A stretch of 60,960 nucleotides of DNA from an uncultured Candidatus Saccharibacteria bacterium (GCA_964348225.1 CAYGBM010000025.1:1-60960), one strand, 5' to 3'. Positions 34,533-44,221 are shown, counted from the first letter of the stretch. Program-made: numbers and translations. The notes: generated by a model not told the origin, from the sequence alone.

Positions 34533-35675
34533 ATGAGGAAAATTTGCGTAATCTCTGGTAAAAGAGGGGGGTTTAATGCCCTAATACCGACAATGCGGCT
34601 GATTGAAAAGGACGCTAAGCTTAAGCTTCAGCTTGTTTTAACTGATATGCATTTGAGCAGGCAGTTTGGCTACACTATCCGTGAGGCTGAGAAATGGTTT
34701 AAGGTTGCAGAAACAATTCCCCTAGGACAAAAAGATGACTCTCCGCAAAGCAGAACAGAGGCCTTGGGCGAAGCCTTGAAAAAGATGGCTGGAACTTTTG
34801 CTATCTTGGAGCCAGATATTGTTTTGCTGTTAGGGGACAGAAGCGAAACAGTGGTGGCTGCTTTTGCTGCTTTGCAGTTGAGAATTCCGATAGCCCATAT
34901 CCAAGGCGGTGAGATTTCAGGCAATATAGATGGCATTCAAAGGCATGCTATTACTAAATTAGCCCATTTGCATTTTACGGAAACAAGGAAAGCAGCTGAA
35001 AGGGTAATAATGCTGGGCGAGGAGAAATGGAGAGTATTTTTTACAGGAGCGCCCTATGTTGATTTTATTAAGCAAAAGCTTTATTCTTCACCAGATGTTG
35101 TTCAGCAAAAATTTAATTTGCAACCAAAAGAGAAATTTCTGCTTTGCTTGCAGCATCCAGTAACCACTGAACCGGAAAAGTCATATCAACAAATGAAAGA
35201 AACAATCAAAGCCTTAAGAGCATTTCCTTACCGTTCTATTTTAGTTTATCCTTGCTCTGACCAGGGCTATCAGGGTATTGTTTCAGTTATTGAACAAGCA
35301 AGAGCAGAGAAGAAGTTCTCAATTTATAAAAATATTCCAGCCCCTGATTTTCTGGGCTTGGAGAACTTGGCTTCAGCCTTGGTTGGTAATTCAAGCGCTG
35401 GCATTTACGAGGCGCCTTATTTGCATCTGCCAGCTGTTAATATTGGCAAACGTCAACAGGGCAGGGAAAGAGAAAACAACGTTATTGATGTGCCTCACGA
35501 GGCGGCAGCAATCATCAAAGCGATTGAAAGGATAATCTCTTCTGCTCAATTCAAAAAGCAATTGAAGCAGTTAAAATATATTTACGGCAGAGGTGATGCT
35601 TGCTCCAAGATTGTTAAGGCTTTAAAAGAAGTAAAGCTGGACAACAAGCTTTTTGAGAAAAAATTGACTTTTTGA
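34533..35675 (+). CDS. neuC: Hydrolysing UDP-HexNAc 2-epimerase (NeuC/LegG family)
   Basis: GKRGGFNALIP, LLGDRSETVVAAFAA, IAHIQGGEISGNIDGIQRHAITKLAHLHF. Confidence 0.85.
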   Translation: MRKICVISGKRGGFNALIPTMRLIEKDAKLKLQLVLTDMHLSRQFGYTIREAEKWFKVAETIPLGQKDDSPQSRTEALGEALKKMAGTFAILEPDIVLLLGDRSETVVAAFAALQLRIPIAHIQGGEISGNIDGIQRHAITKLAHLHFTETRKAAERVIMLGEEKWRVFFTGAPYVDFIKQKLYSSPDVVQQKFNLQPKEKFLLCLQHPVTTEPEKSYQQMKETIKALRAFPYRSILVYPCSDQGYQGIVSVIEQARAEKKFSIYKNIPAPDFLGLENLASALVGNSSAGIYEAPYLHLPAVNIGKRQQGRERENNVIDVPHEAAAIIKAIERIISSAQFKKQLKQLKYIYGRGDACSKIVKALKEVKLDNKLFEKKLTF

Positions 35676-35706
35676 ACATCTTGTTTTATATTAATAAACA
35701 CAAGTA

Positions 35707-36666
35707 ATGAAATTAACAAGAAATATGAAAAAGCATCTAAAGGCATTGGTTACTGGAGGAAGCGGATTTATTGGGAGCCATCTTACAGAGAGGTTAATCA
35801 AAGAGGGGTGGTCGGTGTCTGTTCTTGACCAAGCTGATTTTCCTGAAAAGAAACTGCTATCTGAGATTAACCATATAAAACAGGACTTGAAAGATTTTGA
35901 TAAGGTAAAAGAAGCAATAGAGGAGCTCCGACCCGATTATATTTTCCACTTAGCAGCTATTCCAGCAGTATGGCGTTCAATCAAAGATCCCTTAGCCACG
36001 ATAAACAATAATGTGTTAAGCACCCTCAATGTCCTGGAGGCGGTGAGGCAGGTTGGAGGGGTGAAAAGAGTGGTTTTGGTTTCTTCTGCTGCTGTTTATG
36101 GAGCAAGAGGCGAAAATACAAATGAAGCGCTTGCTGAATTACGACAAACTAACATCTTGAATCCCTATGCTCTTTCTAAGAAATGGCTGGAGGATTTGGG
36201 CAAGCTGTGGGCTTCAAAAGAGATTTGGCAGGCGGTACCGAATGTTTCCCTTCGCTACTTTAATGTTTACGGACCCCGCCAACCAAGAGAAGCGGGCTAT
36301 GCCACCTGCATTGAAAGGTTTCTTTATTTCTGGCGGAACAAACAGCCCTTCACAATCGTGCCAGACGGCAATCAAAGAAGGGATTTTATCAGCGTGTTTG
36401 ATGTGGTTGAAGCCACCATTAGAGCCGCTCTTTCAAACAAAGTGGAAAATGGCGACATCTTCAATATTGGCAGTGGCAAAAATTACAGCGTCTTGGAAGT
36501 GGCTGATATTATCGGGGGCAAGGATTATCCCAAGGTTTTTATTGAAAAAAGGCCGGGAGAAGCCAGGAGTGTTTTAGCTGATATCAGCAAAGCTAGACGG
36601 GTTTTGGGCTGGCAACCGAAGATCCCACTGGAACAGGGCTTGGAGCAGCTCAAATCTAAAAGATAG
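35707..36666 (+). CDS. NAD-dependent NDP-sugar epimerase/dehydratase (SDR)
   Basis: VTGGSGFIGSHL and YALSKKWLE. Confidence 0.8.
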   Translation: MKLTRNMKKHLKALVTGGSGFIGSHLTERLIKEGWSVSVLDQADFPEKKLLSEINHIKQDLKDFDKVKEAIEELRPDYIFHLAAIPAVWRSIKDPLATINNNVLSTLNVLEAVRQVGGVKRVVLVSSAAVYGARGENTNEALAELRQTNILNPYALSKKWLEDLGKLWASKEIWQAVPNVSLRYFNVYGPRQPREAGYATCIERFLYFWRNKQPFTIVPDGNQRRDFISVFDVVEATIRAALSNKVENGDIFNIGSGKNYSVLEVADIIGGKDYPKVFIEKRPGEARSVLADISKARRVLGWQPKIPLEQGLEQLKSKR

Positions 36667-36674
36667 GTCAGACT

Positions 36675-37736
36675 ATGGGAACTAAAAAAACAGTTAATCT
36701 TGCGGGGAGAGAGGTTGGCTATGGCCAGCCTATTTATATTGTAGCTGAAGGCGGGGTTACCAACTTTGGTTCTCTTGATATAGCCAAAAGACAGGCAATT
36801 GAAGCTCGAAGAGTTGAGGCTGACGTGATTAAATATCAGGCGGCTGTTGTGTCCGATTTGGTCAGTAAAAAAGTAAGCAAGCGTTTAGTTAAAGAGCTGG
36901 GATATGATTGGTATCAAAGACTGGCTTACAAGCATATGAGTTTTGCTCAACTGAGAGAACTTTTTGATTTTTGCTCTCGCTTGGAAATGCCTATTTTTGC
37001 GTGTCCTCACGATGAGAAAAGTTTGAATTTTTTAACAGACGAGCTCAAGATGCCCTTTATCAAGGTTGGCTCTGGGGAGGCTCACAATTTTGAATTTTTA
37101 AAAAAAGTAGCTCAAAAGCAAAGACCAGTGATTATAGCTTTTGGCATGCAAAGCGAAAAAGAGATATTAGAAGCAATCAAGGTTTTAAGAGAAGAGGGGG
37201 CTTTGGGTATTATTGCTTTGCATTGTGTTACAATTTATCCAACACCAGCTAAAATAGCTAATCTTAGTCGGATGATTAGGCTGCAGAATATTTTAGATGT
37301 ACCAGTTGGCATTTCTGACCACACTGTTGGCTGGCATATTCCTTTGGCAGCAGCAGCCTTGGGAGCGAGGGTAATTGAAAAACATTTTACTTTTGACAAG
37401 AGCGATTTGAGGTCTTTGGATAATGCGGGTGCTCTCTTACCCAATGAATTTGCTAAGATGGTTTCTCAAATAAGGGAGATTGAGAAGGCAATGAGTAATT
37501 TGTCTGAGGAAGAATTTCTAAGAATTATCCAGCGAAGCCGGCATTGGGCCGGACAGAGCTTAATTGCCAAAGAAGATATTCCTCCTGGCGCTTTTATAAC
37601 CGCTGATGTTGTTTGTTATAAAAGGCCATTGAAAGGCGGCTTGGAGCCTGACCAACTTGGTTTAATTTTGGGCAAAAAAGCAAAGAAGCTAATTGAGAAG
37701 GATGAGCAAATCACCTTTGATTATCTGGAGGGATAA
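36675..37736 (+). CDS. neuB: Nonulosonic acid synthase (NeuB/LegI/PseI family)
   Basis: IYIVAEGG, IKVGSGE, VGISDHTVG, VIEKHFTFDKS and a C-terminal SAF domain. The usual NH in the AE.G.NH.G motif reads NF here. Confidence 0.8.
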   Translation: MGTKKTVNLAGREVGYGQPIYIVAEGGVTNFGSLDIAKRQAIEARRVEADVIKYQAAVVSDLVSKKVSKRLVKELGYDWYQRLAYKHMSFAQLRELFDFCSRLEMPIFACPHDEKSLNFLTDELKMPFIKVGSGEAHNFEFLKKVAQKQRPVIIAFGMQSEKEILEAIKVLREEGALGIIALHCVTIYPTPAKIANLSRMIRLQNILDVPVGISDHTVGWHIPLAAAALGARVIEKHFTFDKSDLRSLDNAGALLPNEFAKMVSQIREIEKAMSNLSEEEFLRIIQRSRHWAGQSLIAKEDIPPGAFITADVVCYKRPLKGGLEPDQLGLILGKKAKKLIEKDEQITFDYLEG

Positions 37737-37783
37737 TTTATTAGACCAAAAGAGGATTCTTGTCTGTTGGCAAAAAGCAAAAT

Positions 37784-39829
37784 ATGAATGCAAGCTCTTC
37801 AAAAACAATTATCTATCTATGTGATTTAACCCATATTTTTCACAATCAGGGAGCTTTAAACGGCATCCCTCTGGGCATTGGCTGTATTTCGTCTTTCTTG
37901 AACAAAAGCCTCGGCAACGTCGAGGTGAATTTGTTTAAGTTCCCGCAAGACCTTAATAGAGCCCTGAAACAGCAGATCCCTGATATTATTGGCTTTAGCA
38001 ATTATGTTTGGAACTTGCATTTAAGCTATAAGTTTGCTGAAGAGATAAAGAAGATTAAGAAAGAAACAGTGGTAGTTTTTGGTGGCCCAAATTATCCGCG
38101 CGATAAACGAGCAAGAGAGGAATTTCTCAATGATTTCTCAGCCATTGATTTTTATGTAAAAAAGGAAGGAGAAAAGGCATTTGCCATTTTAGTTGAACAT
38201 TTGATTAAAAACAACCTATCAGTTGAGAAAGTTAAAGCCAGTAATTTGCAGAGTGTTGATTTTTTGAGCAATAATAGACTAGTAGAAACCACGCTTCTGC
38301 CAAGAATAAAGAGCCTGGGAGAGATTCGTTCGCCCTATGTTTTGGGCCTCTTAGATGAGTTTTTAGATAGAGGCATGATTCCCTTGATTCAAACAGACAG
38401 GGGATGTCCTTTTAGCTGCGCTTATTGTTGTGAAGGCGAACCTTACTATTGTTTAAGAGCAGTAAGGCCTACAGAGCAGATTAAAGAAGAAATAGAGTAT
38501 ATTGCCCGTTGGGCAGAGAAGCTCCATGGTTTATTCATTGCTAATTCAAATTTTGGCATGTATCCCGAGGATTTAGAAACAGCCAGAGAGATAGCTAAGG
38601 TGAAGAGAGAAACCGGCTGGCCTGATTATATCAATGTAGCTACTGGAAAAGAAAACAAAGAGTTGGTTGTAGAGGTTACTGATGTGTTAGAGGGTATGTT
38701 GAGGGTTAGTGCCTCAGTGCAATCAACCGATGAGGAGGTATTAGCCAGCATTAAAAGAAGAAATGTTCCCATGGAAGTTATTGCTCGGATGGCTGAGAAA
38801 TCAAAGATAATCGGTAGCAATACCTATTCAGAGGTCATTATCGCTTTGCCCCAAGACAGCAAAGCCAAGTTTCTTAAAAGCGTTCAAGATGTGATTGAGT
38901 TTGGCTTGAACTATGTTCTGGTTTACACCTTAATGCTTTTGAGTGGTTCTGAGCTTGATACGGAAAAAGTCCGTGAGCAATATGGTATTGTTTCAAAATA
39001 TCGGGTGCCACCGAGATGCTTTGGCAAATATACTGTTTTCGGTAAAGAGTTTAGTATTGGTGAAGTTGAAAAAGTCGCTGTTGCTAACACCACGTTAAGT
39101 TTTAAAGATTATTTAACCTGTCGAGTGTTTTTTCTGGTTGTGAATTTATTCTACAACCATGGTATTTTTGAAGAATTAGTTTTTCTGCTGAAACGAAACG
39201 GCATTTCTATTTTTCAGTGGCTGCGGGAAATTTTTAAGCTCATTGTCAAAGGCAGCGACTATCCCAGAATAAAAGAATTATTCAGCGATTTTCTTAGAGA
39301 AACAAAAGAGGAGCTTTGGGATTCTAAAGAGGAGCTTTTGGCTTTTCTGTCTGAAAAAAGCAACATTGAAAAATACATAAAAGGCGAGCTGGGGAGCAAT
39401 TTAGCTTATAAGTATCAGGTGTTGGCATTGGTCAGATACAGCCGGCCTCTACATGAGATTGCTTTCCGGGCAGCTGAAAAGCTTATTTTCTCCAAAACAC
39501 AGGTGTCAGATAGGCAGCTTTTAAGAGAATTTTTAAAAGAACTGAAAAAATTCAACATTGCTAAGAAAGAGGATCCGTTTGATTTCAAGAGAAGCGAGGT
39601 TTTAGAATTCAATTTTGATTTCATTCGGTTCGGGCAGTTGATGAGTTCAGGTTTCTCGATAAACGATTCAAAAGCAAAGACAAGTATTAGGTTTTCCCAC
39701 AATAAAGAGCAAAAAGAGAATTTGGAAAGATACTTAAGATTATACGGTGATGATGTTGTGGGCATTTCTCTTATTCTTTCAAAAATATATATTAAAAAAA
39801 TATTCAGAGAAGCAGCAAAAATCCCTTGA
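37784..39829 (+). CDS. B12-binding-domain radical SAM enzyme
   Basis: An N-terminal cobalamin-binding-like domain (..VVVFGGPNYP) and the radical SAM motif CPFSCAYC. Confidence 0.8.
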   Translation: MNASSSKTIIYLCDLTHIFHNQGALNGIPLGIGCISSFLNKSLGNVEVNLFKFPQDLNRALKQQIPDIIGFSNYVWNLHLSYKFAEEIKKIKKETVVVFGGPNYPRDKRAREEFLNDFSAIDFYVKKEGEKAFAILVEHLIKNNLSVEKVKASNLQSVDFLSNNRLVETTLLPRIKSLGEIRSPYVLGLLDEFLDRGMIPLIQTDRGCPFSCAYCCEGEPYYCLRAVRPTEQIKEEIEYIARWAEKLHGLFIANSNFGMYPEDLETAREIAKVKRETGWPDYINVATGKENKELVVEVTDVLEGMLRVSASVQSTDEEVLASIKRRNVPMEVIARMAEKSKIIGSNTYSEVIIALPQDSKAKFLKSVQDVIEFGLNYVLVYTLMLLSGSELDTEKVREQYGIVSKYRVPPRCFGKYTVFGKEFSIGEVEKVAVANTTLSFKDYLTCRVFFLVVNLFYNHGIFEELVFLLKRNGISIFQWLREIFKLIVKGSDYPRIKELFSDFLRETKEELWDSKEELLAFLSEKSNIEKYIKGELGSNLAYKYQVLALVRYSRPLHEIAFRAAEKLIFSKTQVSDRQLLREFLKELKKFNIAKKEDPFDFKRSEVLEFNFDFIRFGQLMSSGFSINDSKAKTSIRFSHNKEQKENLERYLRLYGDDVVGISLILSKIYIKKIFREAAKIP

Positions 39830-39880
39830 TTTCCAAGCTCAATTGTTTTAGTATTGAAATTGAACTATCAACTGTTGCTT

Positions 39881-41308
39881 ATGAAAAAAATTCTTTGTTT
39901 AATCCCAGCCAAAGGGGAGTCAGGTGAGATTGAAAAAAAGAATATCACCCCTATTTCGGGTAGGCCAATGATAGAGTATGCTTTTGATGCGGTTAAGAAA
40001 AGCCGTCTCGTTAATCGTATTGTTTTAAGCACTGATGACGAAGAAATTGCAGAAATTGCCAGAAAAAACGGCATAGAAGTGCCTTTTAAAAGACCAGAAG
40101 AATTAGCCACTGACCAAACACCAATGATTCCGGTTTTAAAGCATGCCTTAAACACCTTGAAGGAAAAAGAGGGGTATTGGCCTGATTTTGTTTTGCTCGT
40201 TCAGCCCAACTCGCCCCTTATTAGACCAGAGCAGATTGACCAGGCATTACAAACATTAATGGAAAAAGAGGTGGATTCAGTGGAAACAGTAACTGAAGTG
40301 CCCACTATCTTTCATCCTTATAGCATACGTTATATTAGCCAGCAGGGCTACACCCAGTTTTTAATGCCAGCAGAAAGGGAAAAGTATGCCTTGGAGGGCG
40401 GAAAAAAACCTAGGTTTTATGCTATCGGCAACCTCTTTGCTTTCAAACCAGAAAATATTTTTGAAACAGATACTATCCAGGGGCGGATTTCGTTCCCTAT
40501 TGTTATAGATAGAAAAAGCGCTTTTGGCGTTAAAGATCCCTTAGATCATTTCTTTGCTGAGCATTTCTTTGAGAACTTTAAAGACAAGATAGACCACTCA
40601 AAAGAAGTGATTTCTCAAGCAGTAAAAAAATACAGAAATATTGCGGTTGCCTGTTCTTTTGGCAAAGATAGTATGGCTACGGTTCATTTAGCAAGGGAAG
40701 TAGCCCCCAACATACCGGTTTTTTGTATAACAACAACCTATAAACCCCAAGAGACGCTTAGTTATGCTGTTCAAATGAATAAGGAAATGAATTTGAACAT
40801 AACTGCTTATATTGTAAGTAAAGAGGTACCTGTTGTTTTCAAACAAGCAGGCGTTAAAACAGTGCTTTTGGATAGCGAGGAATTTGATAGGGCTCTTTCT
40901 TCATGCGAAAAAGAACACGGCAAGATGCTTTACGAGGTTAACCCTGATTTTTGCTGCGAGCTCTTGAAGGTAAACCCAACAAAAGAAGCGGTTAAAAACC
41001 TTGATGCTTGGATTGCAGGTTTAAGAAGAGACGAGGGCTATTCCCGTCGCAGTTATCAAGAGATTGAAACTCAAGGAGATTTGGTTAAGATAAACCCAAT
41101 CTTGGAGTGGTCAGAGCTTGATGTTTGGCGGTATTTGGCTCTTTATAATATTCCAGCAAACCCTCTTTATCAAAAGGGTTATCGCAGTTTAGGGTGTGCT
41201 CCCTGCAGTAAAATTATCAGTGATGAGCAGCCCGAAAGAGCTGGCAGATGGCAAAATACAAGCAAGTGTGGAGGAGAGTGTGGTATTCACACTAAAAGGT
41301 TGAAATAA
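39881..41308 (+). CDS. Fusion of an acylneuraminate-cytidylyltransferase-like domain and an APS/PAPS reductase (CysH-type, Fe-S) domain
   Basis: The N-terminal half is paralogous to 43493-44221. The C-terminal half has SFGKDS, CCELLKVNP, WIAGLRRDEG, GYRSLGCAPCS and ECGIH. Confidence 0.8.
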   Translation: MKKILCLIPAKGESGEIEKKNITPISGRPMIEYAFDAVKKSRLVNRIVLSTDDEEIAEIARKNGIEVPFKRPEELATDQTPMIPVLKHALNTLKEKEGYWPDFVLLVQPNSPLIRPEQIDQALQTLMEKEVDSVETVTEVPTIFHPYSIRYISQQGYTQFLMPAEREKYALEGGKKPRFYAIGNLFAFKPENIFETDTIQGRISFPIVIDRKSAFGVKDPLDHFFAEHFFENFKDKIDHSKEVISQAVKKYRNIAVACSFGKDSMATVHLAREVAPNIPVFCITTTYKPQETLSYAVQMNKEMNLNITAYIVSKEVPVVFKQAGVKTVLLDSEEFDRALSSCEKEHGKMLYEVNPDFCCELLKVNPTKEAVKNLDAWIAGLRRDEGYSRRSYQEIETQGDLVKINPILEWSELDVWRYLALYNIPANPLYQKGYRSLGCAPCSKIISDEQPERAGRWQNTSKCGGECGIHTKRLK

Positions 41309-41336
41309 GCTAAGCGGTACATAAAACAAAAATAGT

Positions 41337-42464
41337 ATGAAAAAAATCCTTATTTTAGGAATTGACGGCTACCTTGGCTGGGCCTTAGCGAATTATTTAA
41401 AAGAAAGGGGCTATGAAGTTTTTGGCATGGATAATTTTTTGAGAAGAAAAATGGTGAAAGAGATCGGCAGCCATTCAGCTGTGCCTATTTTAAGCCCGGA
41501 AGAGAGGCAGAAGTATATTCCTTTTGAGGTCGGGGATATGCTTGATTATCAAAAAGTTGAGGATGTTTTGCAGAGATTTCGACCAGATGCCATTGTTCAT
41601 TTTGCAGAACAGCCAGCTGCCCCTTATTCAATGATAGACGTTCAACATGCTGTTTTTACCCAGAAAAATAATGTTTTAGGGACATTAAATCTTCTTTGGG
41701 CGATGAAAGAGATTTGTCCCGACGCCCATTTGATTAAGCTAGGAACCATGGGCGAGTACGGAACACCCAACATAGATATCTCCGAAGGTTTTTTTGAAAT
41801 AGAGTTTAGGGGAAGAAAAGACAGATTGCCTTTTCCCAAGCAGGCAGGGAGCTGGTATCATCAGACAAAGGTACACGATTCAAACAATATCTTATTTGCC
41901 TGCAGAATCTGGGGGTTGAGGTCAACCGATATTAACCAAGGTCCTGTTTATGGAAGCAAAACCGATGAAATGAAAGAAGATTGGCAGAGAACCCGTTTTG
42001 ACTTTGACCAGTCCTTTGGAACCGCCTTAAACAGATTTTGCAGCCAGGCAGTAATTGGCTTTCCTTTGACCCCTTATGGCAGGGGCGGCCAAATCAGAGG
42101 TTATATCAATATTAACGATTCCATGCAAGCAATCCGCTTGATTATTGACAATCCCCCCAAGCAAGGGGAATACAGGGTATTTAATCAATGGATAGAAAAG
42201 TTCAGCATCAACCAGTTAGCTGAGATTGTCAAACAGGCAGCAGAGAAAATCGGATTAAAAGTTACTATTCAAGCGCTTAATAATCCAAGGAAAGAGGCTG
42301 AGGAACATTATTATAACCCTGACAATCAAGGGCTTTTTCGCTTGGGCTTGAAACCGCGGGGCTTAAAAGAAGTTGTCCCCCAGACTATAAAGGACTTAAT
42401 AAAATTTAAAGATAGGATTGAGGCAAAAAAAGACTTCATTAAACCAACCATTAAGTGGGCATAA
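41337..42464 (+). CDS. sqdB: UDP-sulfoquinovose synthase
   Basis: Near full-length match to SqdB/SQD1 signatures: GIDGYLGW, HFAEQPAAPYSMID, KLGTMGEYGTPNIDI, PFPKQAGSWYHQTKVHDS, FGTALNRFC, NNPRKEAEEHYYNP. Confidence 0.85.
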   Translation: MKKILILGIDGYLGWALANYLKERGYEVFGMDNFLRRKMVKEIGSHSAVPILSPEERQKYIPFEVGDMLDYQKVEDVLQRFRPDAIVHFAEQPAAPYSMIDVQHAVFTQKNNVLGTLNLLWAMKEICPDAHLIKLGTMGEYGTPNIDISEGFFEIEFRGRKDRLPFPKQAGSWYHQTKVHDSNNILFACRIWGLRSTDINQGPVYGSKTDEMKEDWQRTRFDFDQSFGTALNRFCSQAVIGFPLTPYGRGGQIRGYININDSMQAIRLIIDNPPKQGEYRVFNQWIEKFSINQLAEIVKQAAEKIGLKVTIQALNNPRKEAEEHYYNPDNQGLFRLGLKPRGLKEVVPQTIKDLIKFKDRIEAKKDFIKPTIKWA

Positions 42465-42481
42465 GAGGAGTCAAATAGAAA

Positions 42482-43435
42482 ATGACAGCTAAATGTTATC
42501 TTTGCTTAGGTGAAAACCTAAAACTAATCAGAGATAGATTAAGGCATAATATAAAAAGGAATGTTTGGCAGTGTCTTGGCTGCGGTTTGGTTTTTTTAGA
42601 GCCAGGGCAAGAGAATTTAAAAGAATTCTACACAGAGGACTATCGCAAACTTCATAGTCCGGTTGTAGGTAAGGCCCTTTCAGCCAAGGAGATTTTTGAT
42701 ATTTACTTACCCTTTCAACAGAACCGTCTAAACGAAATTCAGCATCTTTTAAATCCGAAAAAGAAGGTTTTAGATATTGGGTGTTCAACCGGTCATTTTC
42801 TTTATTCAATCAAGAAATGTGTCGGAGAGGTTGTTGGGGTTGAGCTAAACCAAGAACATGCTGATTTTTGCAACAATAATTTGGGGATTAAAGTTTACAC
42901 TCAACCCATTGAGGAGGTGAATTTGCCAAAGGGTTACTTTGATTTAGTTTCAATTTTACAAACATTAGAACATATCGAAAACCCTGTTTCGTTTTTGAGA
43001 AAGGTTGGTGAATTTCTCAAGCCAGATGGTACTCTTTATTTGGAGGTGCCAAACGTAGACGATGCTTTAAGAACCATTTTCGGTATTTCTGCTTTTGACG
43101 ATTTCGACTTTAGACAACCGCATCTATTTTATTTTTCAAAAAATACCCTTTCTTCAATAGCTGGAAAGGCTGGCTTTGAGGGGGTAGTTAAGGGCACTGC
43201 CTATCCAAATATTATTAATCAGCTTCACTGGATTTTTCTTCAGAAACCCCAGAATTCAGCAAGCGATATGTTTGGCGATATCCGACTGCCTTTTGCTGCA
43301 GATGTTCCAGGGGAGACAAAATCAGAATTCCTCAGTCTGTTTAGAAAATTCAATAAAGAGTACCGGCAGCTTCTTAAAAATAATTTTTTAGGTCATGCTA
43401 TTCTATTTTTGGGCAAGAAGAGATTAAGAGCATAG
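42482..43435 (+). CDS. Class I SAM methyltransferase with N-terminal zinc ribbon
   Basis: CYLC...CLGC ribbon and VLDIGCSTGHFL motif I. Confidence 0.75.
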   Translation: MTAKCYLCLGENLKLIRDRLRHNIKRNVWQCLGCGLVFLEPGQENLKEFYTEDYRKLHSPVVGKALSAKEIFDIYLPFQQNRLNEIQHLLNPKKKVLDIGCSTGHFLYSIKKCVGEVVGVELNQEHADFCNNNLGIKVYTQPIEEVNLPKGYFDLVSILQTLEHIENPVSFLRKVGEFLKPDGTLYLEVPNVDDALRTIFGISAFDDFDFRQPHLFYFSKNTLSSIAGKAGFEGVVKGTAYPNIINQLHWIFLQKPQNSASDMFGDIRLPFAADVPGETKSEFLSLFRKFNKEYRQLLKNNFLGHAILFLGKKRLRA

Positions 43436-43492
43436 TCGCTCGTTATCGCTCGCGAACGATGAAGGCTTGAGGCTTAAAGACCTCAGTGAAAA

Positions 43493-44221
43493 ATGAAAAA
43501 TGCAAAGTATAAAAAAAATTATAAAATTCTCTGTTTAATTCCAGCCAGAGGGGGTTCTAAGCGGCTACCCAAGAAAAACATTCTTCTCCTTGGGGGACGC
43601 CCAATGCTCGAGTATGTTTGCAGGGCAGCCAAACAGAGTAGCTTGGTTAACCGTATTGTGCTGTCAACCGATGATGACGAAATTGCTCAAGTAGGCCGAA
43701 AGAATGGCATTGAGGTGCCTTTCAAGAGACCTTCAGAGTTAGCCCAAGACACAACGCCAACAGTACCGGTTTTGAGGCATGCCCTTACTTTTCTAAAAGA
43801 GAAAGAAGGCTACTGGCCTGATTTTGTTTTGATGCTTCCCCCAACCGCCCCTTTTGTTAAAACAGAGCAAATTGATAAAGCCCTCCGAGTGTTGATTGAC
43901 AAAGGAGTGGATTCGGTAGAAACACTAATTGAAGTGCCAACTATTTTTCACCCTTACAATGAACGTTATATTGACGAGAAAGGCTTTACTCACTTTCTTA
44001 TGCCGAAAGAGAGGGCCGAGCATAGCATTGAAAGCGGCAAGCGGCCCAAAATTTATGCCTTGGGCAACCTTTTTGCTTTCAAGCCAGAAAATCTTTTTGA
44101 AACTAACACCATCCAAGGCAAAACCTCTCTATCTATAATTATAGATAGAGAGACCGCTTGGGACATAGACGATACCCTTGATTTATTTATTGCCCAATGT
44201 TTACTAGAAAGAAAGACCTAA
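43493..44221 (+). CDS. neuA: Acylneuraminate (nonulosonate) cytidylyltransferase
   Basis: IPARGGSKRLPKKN, GRPMLEY, STDDDEI, and the overall CMP-NeuAc-synthetase pattern. Confidence 0.85.
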   Translation: MKNAKYKKNYKILCLIPARGGSKRLPKKNILLLGGRPMLEYVCRAAKQSSLVNRIVLSTDDDEIAQVGRKNGIEVPFKRPSELAQDTTPTVPVLRHALTFLKEKEGYWPDFVLMLPPTAPFVKTEQIDKALRVLIDKGVDSVETLIEVPTIFHPYNERYIDEKGFTHFLMPKERAEHSIESGKRPKIYALGNLFAFKPENLFETNTIQGKTSLSIIIDRETAWDIDDTLDLFIAQCLLERKT

